A stretch of DNA of 58,098 nt, the filler included, from Barthelona sp. PAP020 (lineage: Eukaryota), in the NCBI GenBank assembly GCA_040182905.1. It is 3 parts of 3 records of this genome, joined end to end, with 100 filler letters (N's around TTAATTAATTAA, not from the genome) between each part and the next. Parts side by side here need not be neighbours in the genome. Positions count along the whole stretch, not along the records: positions 19,415 to 38,720 come from JARQWU010000210.1; positions 38,821 to 58,098 come from JARQWU010000211.1; 1 more part is not named here. One strand, 5' to 3'. The position numbers were made by a program, and so were the translations under genes. The notes under the pieces were generated by a model that had not been told where the DNA came from, did no database searches, and was given only the letters and a program-made list of their open reading frames with translations. Below are positions 30,848 through 42,469 of this stretch, piece by piece; position 1 is the first letter of the stretch, and each line of letters starts with the position of its first letter.

Positions 30848-32164
30848 TTACCCACTAAATTTATTATACACCAAATTATCTCCAAATTCTTCATATTCGG
30901 CTTTAGATATCCACATTTGTTCAAAAGCAGGAACTGAACACATCATTGCTGCTCCTAAAAAAGAAGAAGCAACTGGATCAATGGGTGTAAAGATCCTTCT
31001 GCTAAACCCTTGCATTGTGGTTTCCAAATCTGATTGTAACCTTTTGACTAAACCAGGTATTTTTGTCATACCTCCAGTAACAACAATACTATTTAAAAGA
31101 TCCTTGCGAATGTCATTATCCAATTGTAATAATCCTTCTTTAATGTAATAAACCATTGGATAATCTTCATTTGTATGCTTTCCAATCAACATTTCGGCCA
31201 ATTTTGGTTTCATCAAGACTTCACCCAAACAAACACCTAATCCCCCTGTATTAATGGTTTTTCCATCAGGCAATGTGAACGAACGAGGATTCGTTGTCAT
31301 CACATTGAATATATGCTGAAAATTTTTGATATACTGTCCTGCCTCCATTTCAGAACCAGTAACCCTCATACTAGACCATCTAAGATCTCTCCATAGTTGA
31401 GAATAGAGATAATCTCGATATGAATCAGTAGAAGGCTTTCTATCAACTAATGAAACAGACATTGTTTTGTGATCAGGAATTAATTTTTGAGGGATAACAG
31501 ATAATTGCAGTCTAAACAAAGAATTAACAATAATTTCATCCAATAAAGCTTCAGAGACATTGATCTTTTTGGCACCAGTGTTTAAGCACCTTCCATGTCT
31601 AACGGGAACAATAGAAACGCCAGATGCACCAAAATTTAATACATAAGCATCGGATTTACCAACAGTAAAAGCAGAAAGATAGGGTTGTTTACCAATAAAC
31701 ATGCAAGGTGCATTACATTTCTCAAAAAAATATTCACAAAGATTCATTTGTTGTTTTTTATGGGTTTCTAAAACAGGAGATATATCCGAAACAACATAAT
31801 ACGGCTCTGTATAGAAAACAGGAGTGTTCTCTAAATCAACTTCAATTTTCTCCACTTGATCTTGTTCATTCTTCGTTTTTTTAGTTAAACTTAAAATACC
31901 TAATCCATGTCCCAACATTTTTTCAAATAAGACAAAATCAGAAATAAAAGAATCAGATTGAACAGTTCTTTTAATGTGGCAATTCTCACGATATGTCAAC
32001 AAATTTGTATCTTCACAAATATATTTCGTTGGATGTCCAGTAATATCATATTCAACACCGACTTGTGATGACAAAAATAAAGATGGTAGCAATGATTGTG
32101 AAAAACCAAATTTTGTTGTATCATAACCTTGATCAATAATCACAGCATTGGCAGAAAGTGACAT
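30848..32164 (-). CDS. ARP4: Actin-related protein, ARP4-like
   Basis: AVIIDQG...KFGF, EYFFEK, FTLPDG, DIRKDLLNSIVVTGG, FEQMWISKAEYEEFG; insert TDSYRDY resembles nuclear ARP4. Confidence 0.75.
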   Translation of the reverse strand: MSLSANAVIIDQGYDTTKFGFSQSLLPSLFLSSQVGVEYDITGHPTKYICEDTNLLTYRENCHIKRTVQSDSFISDFVLFEKMLGHGLGILSLTKKTKNEQDQVEKIEVDLENTPVFYTEPYYVVSDISPVLETHKKQQMNLCEYFFEKCNAPCMFIGKQPYLSAFTVGKSDAYVLNFGASGVSIVPVRHGRCLNTGAKKINVSEALLDEIIVNSLFRLQLSVIPQKLIPDHKTMSVSLVDRKPSTDSYRDYLYSQLWRDLRWSSMRVTGSEMEAGQYIKNFQHIFNVMTTNPRSFTLPDGKTINTGGLGVCLGEVLMKPKLAEMLIGKHTNEDYPMVYYIKEGLLQLDNDIRKDLLNSIVVTGGMTKIPGLVKRLQSDLETTMQGFSRRIFTPIDPVASSFLGAAMMCSVPAFEQMWISKAEYEEFGDNLVYNKFSG

Positions 32165-32224
32165 TGAGTAATAGATTAAGTTCTAAAATAGTAAAAAAAA
32201 AATAGCCAACAAAAATTTTTTTTC

Positions 32225-34885
32225 ATGAGTAGTGTGCCTAAATTATCAGAAATTGATGGAGATTTAGCTCAACTTATGGCTGAGTTAGGATATGGTGGTG
32301 CAAAAGTTAAAAATTCTTTTGAAACCTCGAATAGTAATCAAATTTTTAATTCCAATGTATCGCCTCAAAATTCAACTCCAAATAGTCAAACAACACCAAA
32401 ACAAAATTTTATTCGAAAATCAAATCAAGTTGAACAGACTGAAGATGACTACTCTGCTAAAATTTTGGCTACTCATCTATTGAACAGAAAAAACGAACAC
32501 ATAACGCCTTCTGTAATGAGTTTAAATAGCGTTGATGAACGGTATGTTGATGAAAGACAAGAAACATTGGCAAATATTTTTGGTTTGTCAAATTCTCCAA
32601 ATAATTCGCCAAAACAGACAAAAAATATTGTTTCTTCCAATAATTCCAGCCCAACTGATAATTTATTGAATAAGAACGCTGTAAGATCAAATATTCCCTC
32701 CAAACATATTTCTCCTGGTGTTCAAGAGCCTCAAACATTTGCATCAAAACAAGAAACTCATCATCAACCAATGGGATCCTCTGAAAGTCAAAAAATATCA
32801 AGTAATATTCCTTCCTATCAACCAGGATATCCAACAATGCCACAACCTGGTTATCCTATGCAGCAACCTCCTACGATATTACCTTCATATCCAACAAACT
32901 ATATGTCTAACATGTATCCCCCTCAATTTATGATGCCATTTGGTCAAATGATGGTCCCTCAATACCAAATGATACAACCCACTCAATTTGAACCAGCTTA
33001 TGTTACTTCCAAGAAACCAAACAAAGAACATGAAAGAGAGTACATACGAGAATCACCAAAGCATTATTCAAAAGAATCGAATAGAGAAATATATGATGAT
33101 CATGTTGCTGAAAGCAATTTTCAGGAGAAAAAACAAACTGAATTTAAGAAAAAATTTCAGTCATTGGAAAGTCCTGATACTTCGAAAGTTGTAAATAGTG
33201 CTCAAATAATGGAAAACCAAGCTTTAATTAAGGAAAAAAATGCAAAGATTCAATTTTTGGAGGAACGTTTAGGTGAACTTAGTTCTGAATTGAAAGGGAT
33301 TCGTTCTGGAAAAATTCAGGATGAAGATCGTGTGAAAAATATGGCACAACAAATAGAAATTAAAACCAAAGCTAATTTTGATTTAAAACAAGAATTAGAT
33401 AAGAAAGAAGAACAAATTTCATCTTTAACCAATGAAATTTCAGTTTTAAATACGAAATTGCTTGATTTTAAGGATAAGAATGAACATTTAAGAAAAACTG
33501 TGTCACAATTCGAATTTAAAGATGCTAATTATCAAAATTCAGTAGCTTTATCATCAAAACAATTGAAAGAATTGAATGAAAAAGTTGGGAATTTACAAAA
33601 CGAAAAATTTGAGGTGTCACAACAATTAAATGGTGAACGTCGTGAAGTTTCAAAATTAAAAATGGCTTTGGAAGACATGGAAAGAAATAAAAATGGACTA
33701 GAAAGAACAATTAATAAATTAGAAAGGGAGTTACAAGCACATAAACATGAAATTCAATCATTGACAGAAAAACTGTATGAAAACCAACAAAATACATACA
33801 ATAAACATAATTCAGTAAAGTTTCAAGAAAATGACAAGTATTCAACGAACAATAAGAGTCCTCTTCGCCATTTTAATAGAAATTCTCCAAACCCTCCAAA
33901 ATCTCCCCAATATCATGTTCCAAGAAAGGCAGATGCGAATTTTAATTTCCTTACAGGTCAAACTGTGAATCAAATTGATGATAGGTTTATCAAAGAAGAG
34001 TTCAAAAGAAACGAAGACTTGTCTTATGAAAAAACTAAATTGATGGCAAGAGAAAGAGAACTTGAAAGAGAAAGAGAAGAGATTGCTAGACAGAAAAAAC
34101 AGCAAGAAGTTGAAATTGAAGCTCGTCAAAGAGAATTTGAAAGGAGAATGAAAGAATCGCAACAACAACAAATGAGAGAAATGGAACAACAACAGAGAAA
34201 ACAATTGGAAGAGCAAAGAAGGCTAATAGAACAACAAAAACGTAATTTAGACCAACAAAAACAATACTCATCTTTGAATTTGAATCAACACAACACAGAA
34301 AGTAATTATCAAATGAATCAAGATTCGTATGAAAGAACTTCTGATCGGTCTTTTCTCGAAAAAAGTAGAGATGCACATACGGATATGATGAATCAGTATG
34401 CGAAAATTCCTGACAATGGTTCAAAACCTCCTCCACCAAAGAGTTTTGAAGAATTTCTAAGGGAAAGGGGAATTGATCCAAGTAAATATGCCACTAATGT
34501 TACCACAGATCCTATGCTTTCTAAATTGAAATCATCCACAAATATTTCCAAATCCCTGTCTCAATCACCCATGCCATCTGCAAATCCTTCTGCCAGGACC
34601 ATGGCTGAACCTAAACTCAACAACTCGAATTTCAATCAACCATCAGCTATTTATGCAGATGGCACGACTACAGATGAAGAGGCAAAAATTCAAAAAATTG
34701 AGAATCAATTGTTTCAACTCAATTTGGAAAAAGACAAAATTGAAGCTGAATTAAGCAGAAAATCCAGAATGGGACACTCTATGAGAATCAGACAAGAAGT
34801 TTCTCAATTGGAAAATGATTTGAGTGGTGTTAATAGTGAAATTTCCAAAGTTAAAATTAGATTGAGAAGATTGAATCTTATATAA
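32225..34885 (+). CDS. Long coiled-coil protein with MPHOSPH9-like C-terminal helical hairpin (centriolar candidate)
   Basis: P/Q/M-rich low-complexity segment, extensive coiled coil, C-terminus IENQLFQLNLEKDKIEAELSR...LENDL..VNSEISKVKIRLRRLNLI. Confidence 0.65.
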   Translation: MSSVPKLSEIDGDLAQLMAELGYGGAKVKNSFETSNSNQIFNSNVSPQNSTPNSQTTPKQNFIRKSNQVEQTEDDYSAKILATHLLNRKNEHITPSVMSLNSVDERYVDERQETLANIFGLSNSPNNSPKQTKNIVSSNNSSPTDNLLNKNAVRSNIPSKHISPGVQEPQTFASKQETHHQPMGSSESQKISSNIPSYQPGYPTMPQPGYPMQQPPTILPSYPTNYMSNMYPPQFMMPFGQMMVPQYQMIQPTQFEPAYVTSKKPNKEHEREYIRESPKHYSKESNREIYDDHVAESNFQEKKQTEFKKKFQSLESPDTSKVVNSAQIMENQALIKEKNAKIQFLEERLGELSSELKGIRSGKIQDEDRVKNMAQQIEIKTKANFDLKQELDKKEEQISSLTNEISVLNTKLLDFKDKNEHLRKTVSQFEFKDANYQNSVALSSKQLKELNEKVGNLQNEKFEVSQQLNGERREVSKLKMALEDMERNKNGLERTINKLERELQAHKHEIQSLTEKLYENQQNTYNKHNSVKFQENDKYSTNNKSPLRHFNRNSPNPPKSPQYHVPRKADANFNFLTGQTVNQIDDRFIKEEFKRNEDLSYEKTKLMARERELEREREEIARQKKQQEVEIEARQREFERRMKESQQQQMREMEQQQRKQLEEQRRLIEQQKRNLDQQKQYSSLNLNQHNTESNYQMNQDSYERTSDRSFLEKSRDAHTDMMNQYAKIPDNGSKPPPPKSFEEFLRERGIDPSKYATNVTTDPMLSKLKSSTNISKSLSQSPMPSANPSARTMAEPKLNNSNFNQPSAIYADGTTTDEEAKIQKIENQLFQLNLEKDKIEAELSRKSRMGHSMRIRQEVSQLENDLSGVNSEISKVKIRLRRLNLI

Positions 34886-35027
34886 TGTTAATTTCAAAGA
34901 TTATCATTTATTCAATAAAGATTTTTGTACATTTTTTTGTTTGAATTTGAAAAAAGGAAAGCTCAAATTTGCTTTGGCATATAAGGTAAGATTTTTTTTT
35001 ACCAATTAATAATGAGTGAATAACAGA

Positions 35028-36494
35028 ATGCGAGTCAATCTTACAGTTATTATCGTAATAATAATGATAAAGTATGTGGAATGCAGTCTATTTTGCAGTC
35101 CAAAGAGTGGAATTTATGAATACAATTGGCATGGCAATTTTTATTGTTATTCATCAAATTTCACCACAAGTATTTATATAAATGAACAAAAATATGAAGC
35201 TAAAGAGCAAATTGCCATTGATAGATCATCAATTTTTAATGTTGAGTTGAAAGATTCAAATAACAACACAATGATATCCAAAAAATATGTATATCTAATA
35301 TTGAATTCGGGGGAGCCTCCTGTTATTCATCAAAAGTTTTTTGACAAATTTGTTAGGTTTCATTTAGAGACAGAATGTATTACTGAACAATTATTTTCGA
35401 ATGACAAAGAAACTTGGGTGTCATTTAAGGATAATTTAGATGTTCCGTTAACATCAAGTCCAGTTGAATATTGTTTTTTTACTAAAAATTGCGATGAAAG
35501 TGTTTCAGAAACCATTTGTACCACAGTAGTGATAAATTCAACAACTAATAATGTAAGAAGAATTAATAGTCCAGAAATTATTCAAAATACTCATCCTTCA
35601 TACACAGAAATTGTACTCATACATGAATTAAGTCGTTGTAATATTTTGTATGCTCTCTGTTATGAAAAAAATGCTCAAAATTGTGAATTGAATTTTCAAA
35701 CATATTCTAATCCTATCTATATTAATGATAATGTAACTGTTTACGGAAAAGCAACATTAGAAGGATTTATTGATTCTGAAATTATCAGTAAGAACGTAAC
35801 ATTTGTTGTTTCATTGCCTAATCCAATTATTTCACCGTATCCATCTGGAATTTTTGAATCCACAACTACATTTCAGATATCTACCATATCCGCTTGTTTG
35901 ATTGAAATAAAACTGAATGATAACGAATATGAAATTAAAAAAAAAATTACAGTTGAGGCGGGCAAATACAATTTAAATGTTAGATTAACTTCCTTGATGA
36001 ATACTTCTTTAACCAAGATACATAAATATTCTTTTGAAATAAAAAACTATTGTGAAGCAAATTTGAACATTTCCAATAACCTTGTTAAGTTATCTAAAAA
36101 CAACACTCTTCAATTGAGCACAGATTGTAAAAAGACTTTGCAATATTTATTAATAAGAAAAGGCGATATTCCTGATCTATACAGTTTTCAAAATTATAAA
36201 GAAGAGATTGATTTGATTAAAACATTGAAATCGTTTTATAGTTCTCGTTTAAAAGATACAACCATTCCTTTAAATTTATATATTTCTTCAAAAAATGAAT
36301 TGCTAAAAGATTCTGATGAGGATAACCAATTAAAATTCGAATTTGCAGTTGAAATTGAAGCATTTAATCAATATTATGATAAATTTGAATCAATCGCCAT
36401 TCCATGGGATTTTATTTCATTTTTATATTTTTTTGAAATTCTAACTGTCTTTTTATTTGTATTTTTTTGTTTTATAAATTGTTTTTGTAAATAA
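35028..36494 (+). CDS. Type I surface protein with Fn3-associated/CHB_HEX_C-like repeats
   Basis: Signal peptide; SPKSGIY, YSNPIYINDNVTVYGKA...DSEIIS..F, PNPIISP.PSG.F; C-terminal TM helix. Confidence 0.7.
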   Translation: MRVNLTVIIVIIMIKYVECSLFCSPKSGIYEYNWHGNFYCYSSNFTTSIYINEQKYEAKEQIAIDRSSIFNVELKDSNNNTMISKKYVYLILNSGEPPVIHQKFFDKFVRFHLETECITEQLFSNDKETWVSFKDNLDVPLTSSPVEYCFFTKNCDESVSETICTTVVINSTTNNVRRINSPEIIQNTHPSYTEIVLIHELSRCNILYALCYEKNAQNCELNFQTYSNPIYINDNVTVYGKATLEGFIDSEIISKNVTFVVSLPNPIISPYPSGIFESTTTFQISTISACLIEIKLNDNEYEIKKKITVEAGKYNLNVRLTSLMNTSLTKIHKYSFEIKNYCEANLNISNNLVKLSKNNTLQLSTDCKKTLQYLLIRKGDIPDLYSFQNYKEEIDLIKTLKSFYSSRLKDTTIPLNLYISSKNELLKDSDEDNQLKFEFAVEIEAFNQYYDKFESIAIPWDFISFLYFFEILTVFLFVFFCFINCFCK

Positions 36495-36602
36495 TTCTTT
36501 ATTTTTATCCATCAAAAATGAATTATTTTCAAAGGAAAAAAAAATCCGCCCTTTGTAAACAGCTTTTGTTTTTTTCTTATACATTCAAATTATCAAATTA
36601 CC

Positions 36603-37961
36603 ATGTTAAGAGAATATCGTGTGACGAAATTTATTGGACGAGGGAGTTTTGGCTCAGTTTATAGAGTTGTTAGACATGCTGATGGTTTAGAGTATTCATT
36701 TTTTTTTGTATGTTCTTACTAACTGAATAGATATGCTATTAAAGAAGTAAATATTGAAGATATGTCACAGAAAGAAAGAGAAGAAGCTGTAAATGAAATC
36801 CGTATTTTGGCTTCATTGGTTCATCCGAATATTATTGGATATAAGCATGCTTTTGTTGAATCCAATAAATTAAATATTGTGACTGAATATGCTAGATGTG
36901 GTGATTTACATCAAAGAATGAAAAAAATGAAACAAAGAAGACAATTATTTCCTGAAGATTCAGTGTGGTCAATGTTCATTCAAATTACTCTTGGTTTAAG
37001 AACAATGCATAATTCTAACATTTTACATCGAGATATCAAGGCGGCCAATATCTTTTTAAACTCAAATACTCACATCAAGATAGGTGATTTGGGTGTTGCT
37101 AAATTTTTAAAAAATTCAAGGTTTGCCGAAACTTCTATTGGTACACCTTATTATTTATCTCCTGAAATATGGACCAATCGTCCTTATGATGCCAAATCTG
37201 ATATTTGGTCATTAGGATGTCTATTATATGAAATGATGACTCTTAGACATCCATTTGAAGCAGATGATATGAAAGGTTTATCAAAGAAAGTTGTAAAGGG
37301 TAGGTATGCACCAATTAATACTGGAAATCATTTTTCAAAAGAATTGATGGGACTGGTTGATTGTTTATTGAAAGTGAACCCTGAGGATAGACCTACTTGT
37401 GATGATATATTAAAAATGCAATCGATACGTTGTCGAATTCATTTGATACCGGAAGAAGTATCGGACTTAAACAATGATATGTCAATAGATCCTGTTCCTA
37501 CCATCAAAGTTCCCAAACAATCTCAACTGCAAGGATTAAAACTACCTGTTGCAAATTTCAATGGAAGTCAAAAGAAAGCCTTAAAATTACCCGCCTTAAA
37601 AATTGGAATTTCTGATTTTGATTTTGAGACCAGTAACAAGAACACCAGCGATAAAAAGAATAAGAATAAGAATAAGAGTGATAAACGCCTAAATTTAAAA
37701 TCTTTAAGTGATCCAAACAAAGAAAATGTCAACAATTATCAACAGAATATTAAAAAAGTGCTTGGAAATAATTATAATGGACCTTCACCAGTATCCTCAC
37801 CTGCAAGAATTAATAAGATCAAGTCAAATGAATATCTTGTGAATCGTGCTCGAAATGTTGTAAAAAATCTTCCTGCCAATCGTTTGTACAAACCTCAAAC
37901 AAATAGACCTACTTATCATCAACAATTTTCAAGGTATGCAGCTGCGCATGGAAGATATTAA
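36603..37961 (+). CDS. NIMA-related kinase (NEK, CNK2-like); exons 36603-36691 and 36731-37961
   Basis: Exon 1 supplies the G-loop IGRGSFGSVY; splicing restores DGLEYAIKEV; HRDIKAANIFL, IGDLG, IGTPYYLSPE. Confidence 0.93.
36692..36730 (+). other. 39-nt spliceosomal intron
   Basis: GTATTC...TACTAACTGAATAG; contains an in-frame TAA; removal joins kinase subdomains I and II. Confidence 0.9.
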
Positions 37962-38049
37962 CCTTAAAAATATCAAATTTTGTTGTTTCTTTGCGTTTAT
38001 TTTTTCTTATTGTTCAACATCTTGATTTTTATAGTCTGTCTTTTATTTC

Positions 38050-38084
38050 TGAAATCAAATTCTTTTGGAAATAATTTGATTTCA
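38050..38084. repeat. Inverted repeat (12-bp stem) between convergent genes
   Basis: TGAAATCAAATT-11 nt-AATTTGATTTCA. Confidence 0.65.
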
Positions 38085-38280
38085 AACATTTGTAAATTAT
38101 GTTTAAATTTTTTTTAACGGATTTTTTTTTAATCGAATTCCTTTCAACAAAAACTTGAGGAGGAATTGAAAATGAAAAGAAACAAGAAATAAGCAACGAA
38201 TTTTATGTCATAAACAACAAAACAAAATCAAAATAAATTGAATGAAAACGTTTCGCAACAAAGAAATAAAAAAAAAAAAA

Positions 38281-38720
38281 CTACGAAGTTTTGGCGGAAT
38301 AAATGTATAAATTAGATAAAGTACCAATAGCTATAGTAGGTTCATGAGGATGCCAGGCATTATACAAAATCTTTTTATCATAACTGATGTCAGTTCTAGC
38401 TGACTTACGAACAGGCTTGGAAGATCTTCTTTTCTTGTTAGCCATTGTTCTGGAAGCTTCAATAGCAGTATCTGTTGTTCCAGAACTATCAAATATATGA
38501 AAGGTGTTACTGTAAGAACCTGATAAATAATGACCTCCATCATGGCTAATACACAACTGAAATTGATCGTCAATACAATTGTTATCATATACCTCAAATA
38601 GCTTAGATCTCAAATGGTCATGAATGGCTATGGATTTAACTGGTTGATGTTCAACACGTACATCATAAACTCTAAGTGTTAAATAATCTCTGACTACAAT
38701 ATTTCTTCCATTAGGACTGA
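38281..38720 (-). CDS. PP2A regulatory subunit B55 (PPP2R2/CDC55), 3' part; truncated by contig end
   Basis: SPNGRNIVVRDYLTLRVYD...IHDHLRSKLFEVYDNNCIDDQF...SGSYSN.F...KKIL..AWHP...NLYIY. Confidence 0.9.
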
Positions 38721-38820
38721 NNNNNNNNNNNNNNNNNNNNNNNNNNNNNNNNNNNNNNNNNNNNTTAATTAATTAANNNNNNNNNNNNNNNNNNNNNNNN
38801 NNNNNNNNNNNNNNNNNNNN
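38721..38820. other. Artificial contig-joining linker
   Basis: 44 N + TTAATTAATTAA + 44 N. Confidence 0.97.
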
Positions 38821-38983
38821 AATTGATGGTCACAAGAGTGCTGTCATGGCACTCTGCCAACTAAACCGGACAAAAGTCCAAGCAAAATAAAGTTTCTTAT
38901 TAGTTTCTTATTAGTAGTACACGCTCTGGCCTCGCATCAGGTACAGGCTAGCTGGACTTCTCGCAGAGTTCTGGGCCCTGCTA

Positions 38984-39094
38984 CAGGCAACAAAGTAACA
39001 ATGTGTAGCATTTTAATCGTAAATAGGTAAAAATAGTAGCAGGCAACAAAGTGATAATGTGTAGCATTTTAATCGTAAATAAGTAAATTAGTAG
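38984..39094 (+). repeat. Two-copy ~56-bp tandem repeat
   Basis: CAGGCAACAAAGT...AATGTGTAGCATTTTAATCGTAAATA.GTAAA..AGTAG at 38984-39039 and 39040-39094. Confidence 0.9.
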
Positions 39095-39244
39095 TTAGCG
39101 ACCTTCCCTTCTGGCAATATCTATGGCTGTCCACCCTTGTTCGACCTTCAAATTAACATTAGCCCCATTATTCAACAGTACTCTGACGACATCGAACGGT
39201 CCATTTTGACAACTGATGTACAATGAAGAATTGCATCCACTCAT
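39095..39244 (-). pseudogene. Ankyrin-repeat fragment (49 aa), probably a truncated gene copy
   Basis: SSLYISCQNGPFDVVRVLLNNGANVNLKVEQGWTAIDIARREG is about 1.5 ankyrin repeats; the stop abuts the tandem repeat. Confidence 0.65.
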
Positions 39245-39296
39245 TTTCTGTGGCTGAGATTTAATGAAATGAGTTTTCTCTGATTGCTTTTTCTTC

Positions 39297-39659
39297 GTAA
39301 ATAAATATAGTTGTTTCACAACTTGACCAAACTTGACCAATTATTTCCAAGCCAAGAAGCACTGTGTGTATGAGTGAATAAATAAAAAAGAATTGTGTTT
39401 ATTTAGTTAAAGGCTTTCGAGGCCCGATTGATCTGTTGAACAACTTTAGATTTTCTAAGGCAAAATTCAAACTTTAAAATTTTGCTTTTGCAAAAATACA
39501 AAAAAGTAGTAATAAAGAATTTCTCTGAAATTCTTCTACTTGATCGTTCCAATTGCATTTCAGTCCGTCAATTCCCCTCCTGGGATTTTGACTGAAATTT
39601 GCTAGAATGAGTTTTCTGAGTTTACTTTTTTTGTAAATAAATATAGTTGTTTCACAACT
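39297..39659 (+). repeat. Dispersed direct repeat with identical 27-bp core at 39297-39323 and 39633-39659
   Basis: GTAAATAAATATAGTTGTTTCACAACT twice, each preceded by AATGAGTTTTCT about 25 nt upstream. Confidence 0.85.
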
Positions 39660-41460
39660 GGATGAATTGTTTCAACAACTTGTCTAATTCTTCACTCACA
39701 AGAACAATGTTTCCTGGCTTAAAAACAATCAAACCCAATTACTCTTTCTTTAAATTTAAAAACATTCTGTCTTTATTAGATATTTATGAGGTATGAGTTG
39801 TTCAGTGAACAACGAAACGAGTTAGCTTAAGGTTTGGGAAAAACTCACGTGGATTCAGATGCCCAAGTAACTTAAAAAATTGGACCTAAAGGTAGTCAAG
39901 AAACAACAAATAAAGGGAGTGATATTTGATGACCTCTTTATACCTCCAATAAATACAGTTCATTGAGCATGAACTTCCACATTACTTTGAGAAAGTTTTA
40001 TGGTTCAACACAATTACAACCAATTTGCTTCTTACTTCCAACTTTTCAAATTATTCCAATTGATTTTTCCAAAGAAAATATTTTATTTTATTTTATTTTA
40101 TTTTATTTTTAATTTTCTGAACAACAATATAACAGTCCAAATTAATTTGTTTACCCAAATTTTCAGCACTTCTATGACTAACAATAGACTATTTGCATGT
40201 TTAAGTTATTTATAAAAGAAATCTGTGGCATTCTATTCCACTTACAATAAATATTTACTTAATTTTTGTTTTGGAGCCGTCAACAAAATAAAAACTTTTC
40301 ATTTTTTTTCGGGAAAATGAAACGAAAAAGACGCAAAAAGAAAATTCTTCCAAAATATTCTTTCTGCAAAGAAATGAATGAATCTCACATATTTTCTTCT
40401 GATGGCAAAATTCACTGTAATTTATTCTGTTTCATATTTCCTTCATCAAGAATATCTTTGTTGTTTCATAATTGCACTGCTCAAAATTTCATTTTTTAAT
40501 CTTCAAAATCGTATTATCCCCTTTCTAGAGAGGATCAATCCCTGCTATAATCATTCCAACCTTTCTTCAACCCTAACTTTCAAATCCAAATTCTTTTTCT
40601 CATGAACCATTCATGGAATTATGTGATTATTTACGTTCAATATTAATAGTAAAAAACTCTTCGTAAGAACAAAACGCCAAAACAGTACAAACATTTTAGC
40701 ACATAAGCCACATTAACCATCTGTCAATATAGCAGTTGAGAAATAGAAAATTCAACAAATGTCAAAAGGTTTTCGGAAACAATTCTAAATATGGAAACAA
40801 TATCAACATGCACATTTTTTTTTTCATTTAAGAATCTAGCATTCCAGCTTTCATGTCGCATTCTCCTCTTTTAGCTATTCAAGTCCCAGAATAAATTTTT
40901 GCAGAAAATTTCCATCTATTTCACACATTTTCATGTAATGCATAACTATAAAAAGAAAAAAAGGAAAATTCTTTCAAATTTTTGAAAAAAACATGAAAAT
41001 CTTCGTTGTGTTTTCCAAAGAATGGAAACCACTTTTCAATCAATAAAGCTTTTTGGAATCTGTAATTTCATCTGAAGAAATCAGAATATTTATGATTTTT
41101 GTATTTTGTCAAAAAATCCACCAAAAAGTAATCCTTATTGGGTTTTTACATATTATTACACGATAATTATGATTTCTTCCTGACTTTCTCAATCAAAATG
41201 AAAAAATTCAATATGTTTTCACACCTTTGTCATCATAACAAATCACATGACCCCTTTTAAAAGTGTTTGAAACGAATCGATTGTTCTCTTTAATTTTTTC
41301 AGAAGATTCCATTAATTATGTTGCAAAACAGGTGTACTGTAGCTGCATTATGCTGGCAAATCCACACAACGAAAATTTTTCATAACCTCCACTTACTCAA
41401 ACAATATGTTTGTGCGCAATGCTTTAAATTTTTCCTTAATAAAACCTCTCCTTTATTCTT

Positions 41461-42469
41461 CAATTGCAACTTTACTTTCCCTTGATGGTTAAAAAACCGC
41501 ATCCAGTTGGAGATTCAAAACTATTGTATGATACTTCAAATTGATCTGTTATTTCTGAAGTTTCTGAAATTCCACTCAATACTTTTGTTGATTCCACAGC
41601 CTTTTGCCTTTCCATACCATTTCAAGGACAGATTCAAAAATACAGTATCACTGATTAACATTTCAAGAAGGTTGTTTTGCAACTTTATACTTATTGGAAA
41701 GGCATTACGTCTTAATTTCCAAAGAATTGTCTTATTTCTGAAGGATAAAACTTTAAAAAATATTTTTGTGCATAATTTTGATTAAATCATTATTGCTCAC
41801 TTGTTCTTCAAAGATTAGGAATCATTCGTTAGTTTTGAGAATAAAAATGGGATATATACTGTTCAAACGACTGAACTGTTGACCGAGCCACATTTTGCTT
41901 TTGTGACCTGATTTTTTCAAAATGAAAACAGCTATTTGAGGACATGTTCCAGTTTTGCAAATTTTCAAATAAAAGAATCAACAATGGTTCAGTCATTCTT
42001 ACAAATCTTTAAACTTTGGAACAAATACATTCGATGAATAATATTGGCATTCCTTTTCTTTGTTCCTTTACCTTATTTTGGAAGACTCAAATCTGACATT
42101 TGATTTTGCATCAAAATATGAAAAAAATCCAACTCTTACAAAATTTGGTGTGTGATTAAGAATGGTTTTGGGGATTTTAAAGGAATTCATCAAGAAATTA
42201 TTGAAAATTTTCATGACGTGCCTGAAATATTTGTTGAAATTAGCAATAGCAATGATAAAGCAGTTATTACAAAAACTTGCACAGAAGTGAGACAAAATCT
42301 CTTTGAAGAATCTTCGAATATTGGAAATTTGGGGTTGAAAATTAATAAACAGGAAGCTACTTTTGCATTTGACTCTTGTTTTGTTATTGTAAACATATCA
42401 ATCAAAAGTACAAATTTACCAAAATTCTTTGAAGAAGATTCTTCATCTTCTGAAGAGAATACTTGTTGA
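41461..42469 (+). pseudogene. Probable decayed gene with multiple stops and frameshifts
   Basis: Coding-like peptide runs interrupted by stops (LLYDTSN*SVISEVSEIPLNTFVDSTAFCLSIPFQGQIQKYSITD*HFKKVVLQLYTYWKG), ending in ORF 42152-42469, which has no ATG start. Confidence 0.3.

Noticed and set aside
38984..39094. CRISPR-like array
   Set aside because: Two adjacent copies without spacers, eukaryotic context, no cas genes
39558..39605. Helitron 3' end (hairpin + CTAG), and CCGTCAATTC as an SSU rRNA remnant
   Set aside because: CTAG is followed by A rather than T, and there is no 5' TC end or RepHel; the SSU match is only 10 nt
40568..40577. CAACCCTAAC as a telomerase RNA template
   Set aside because: A 9-10 nt match is plausible by chance (it also occurs in coding DNA at ~49789), the telomere repeat is unknown, and no supporting structure is seen
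41125..41160. SNPYWVFTY resembling CRESS-virus Rep motif I
   Set aside because: No motif II/III or SF3 helicase motifs follow, and the frame closes quickly
41521..41860. Alternative genetic code suggested by in-frame TAA/TGA
   Set aside because: Conserved genes are uninterrupted in the standard code and end in TAA, TAG or TGA
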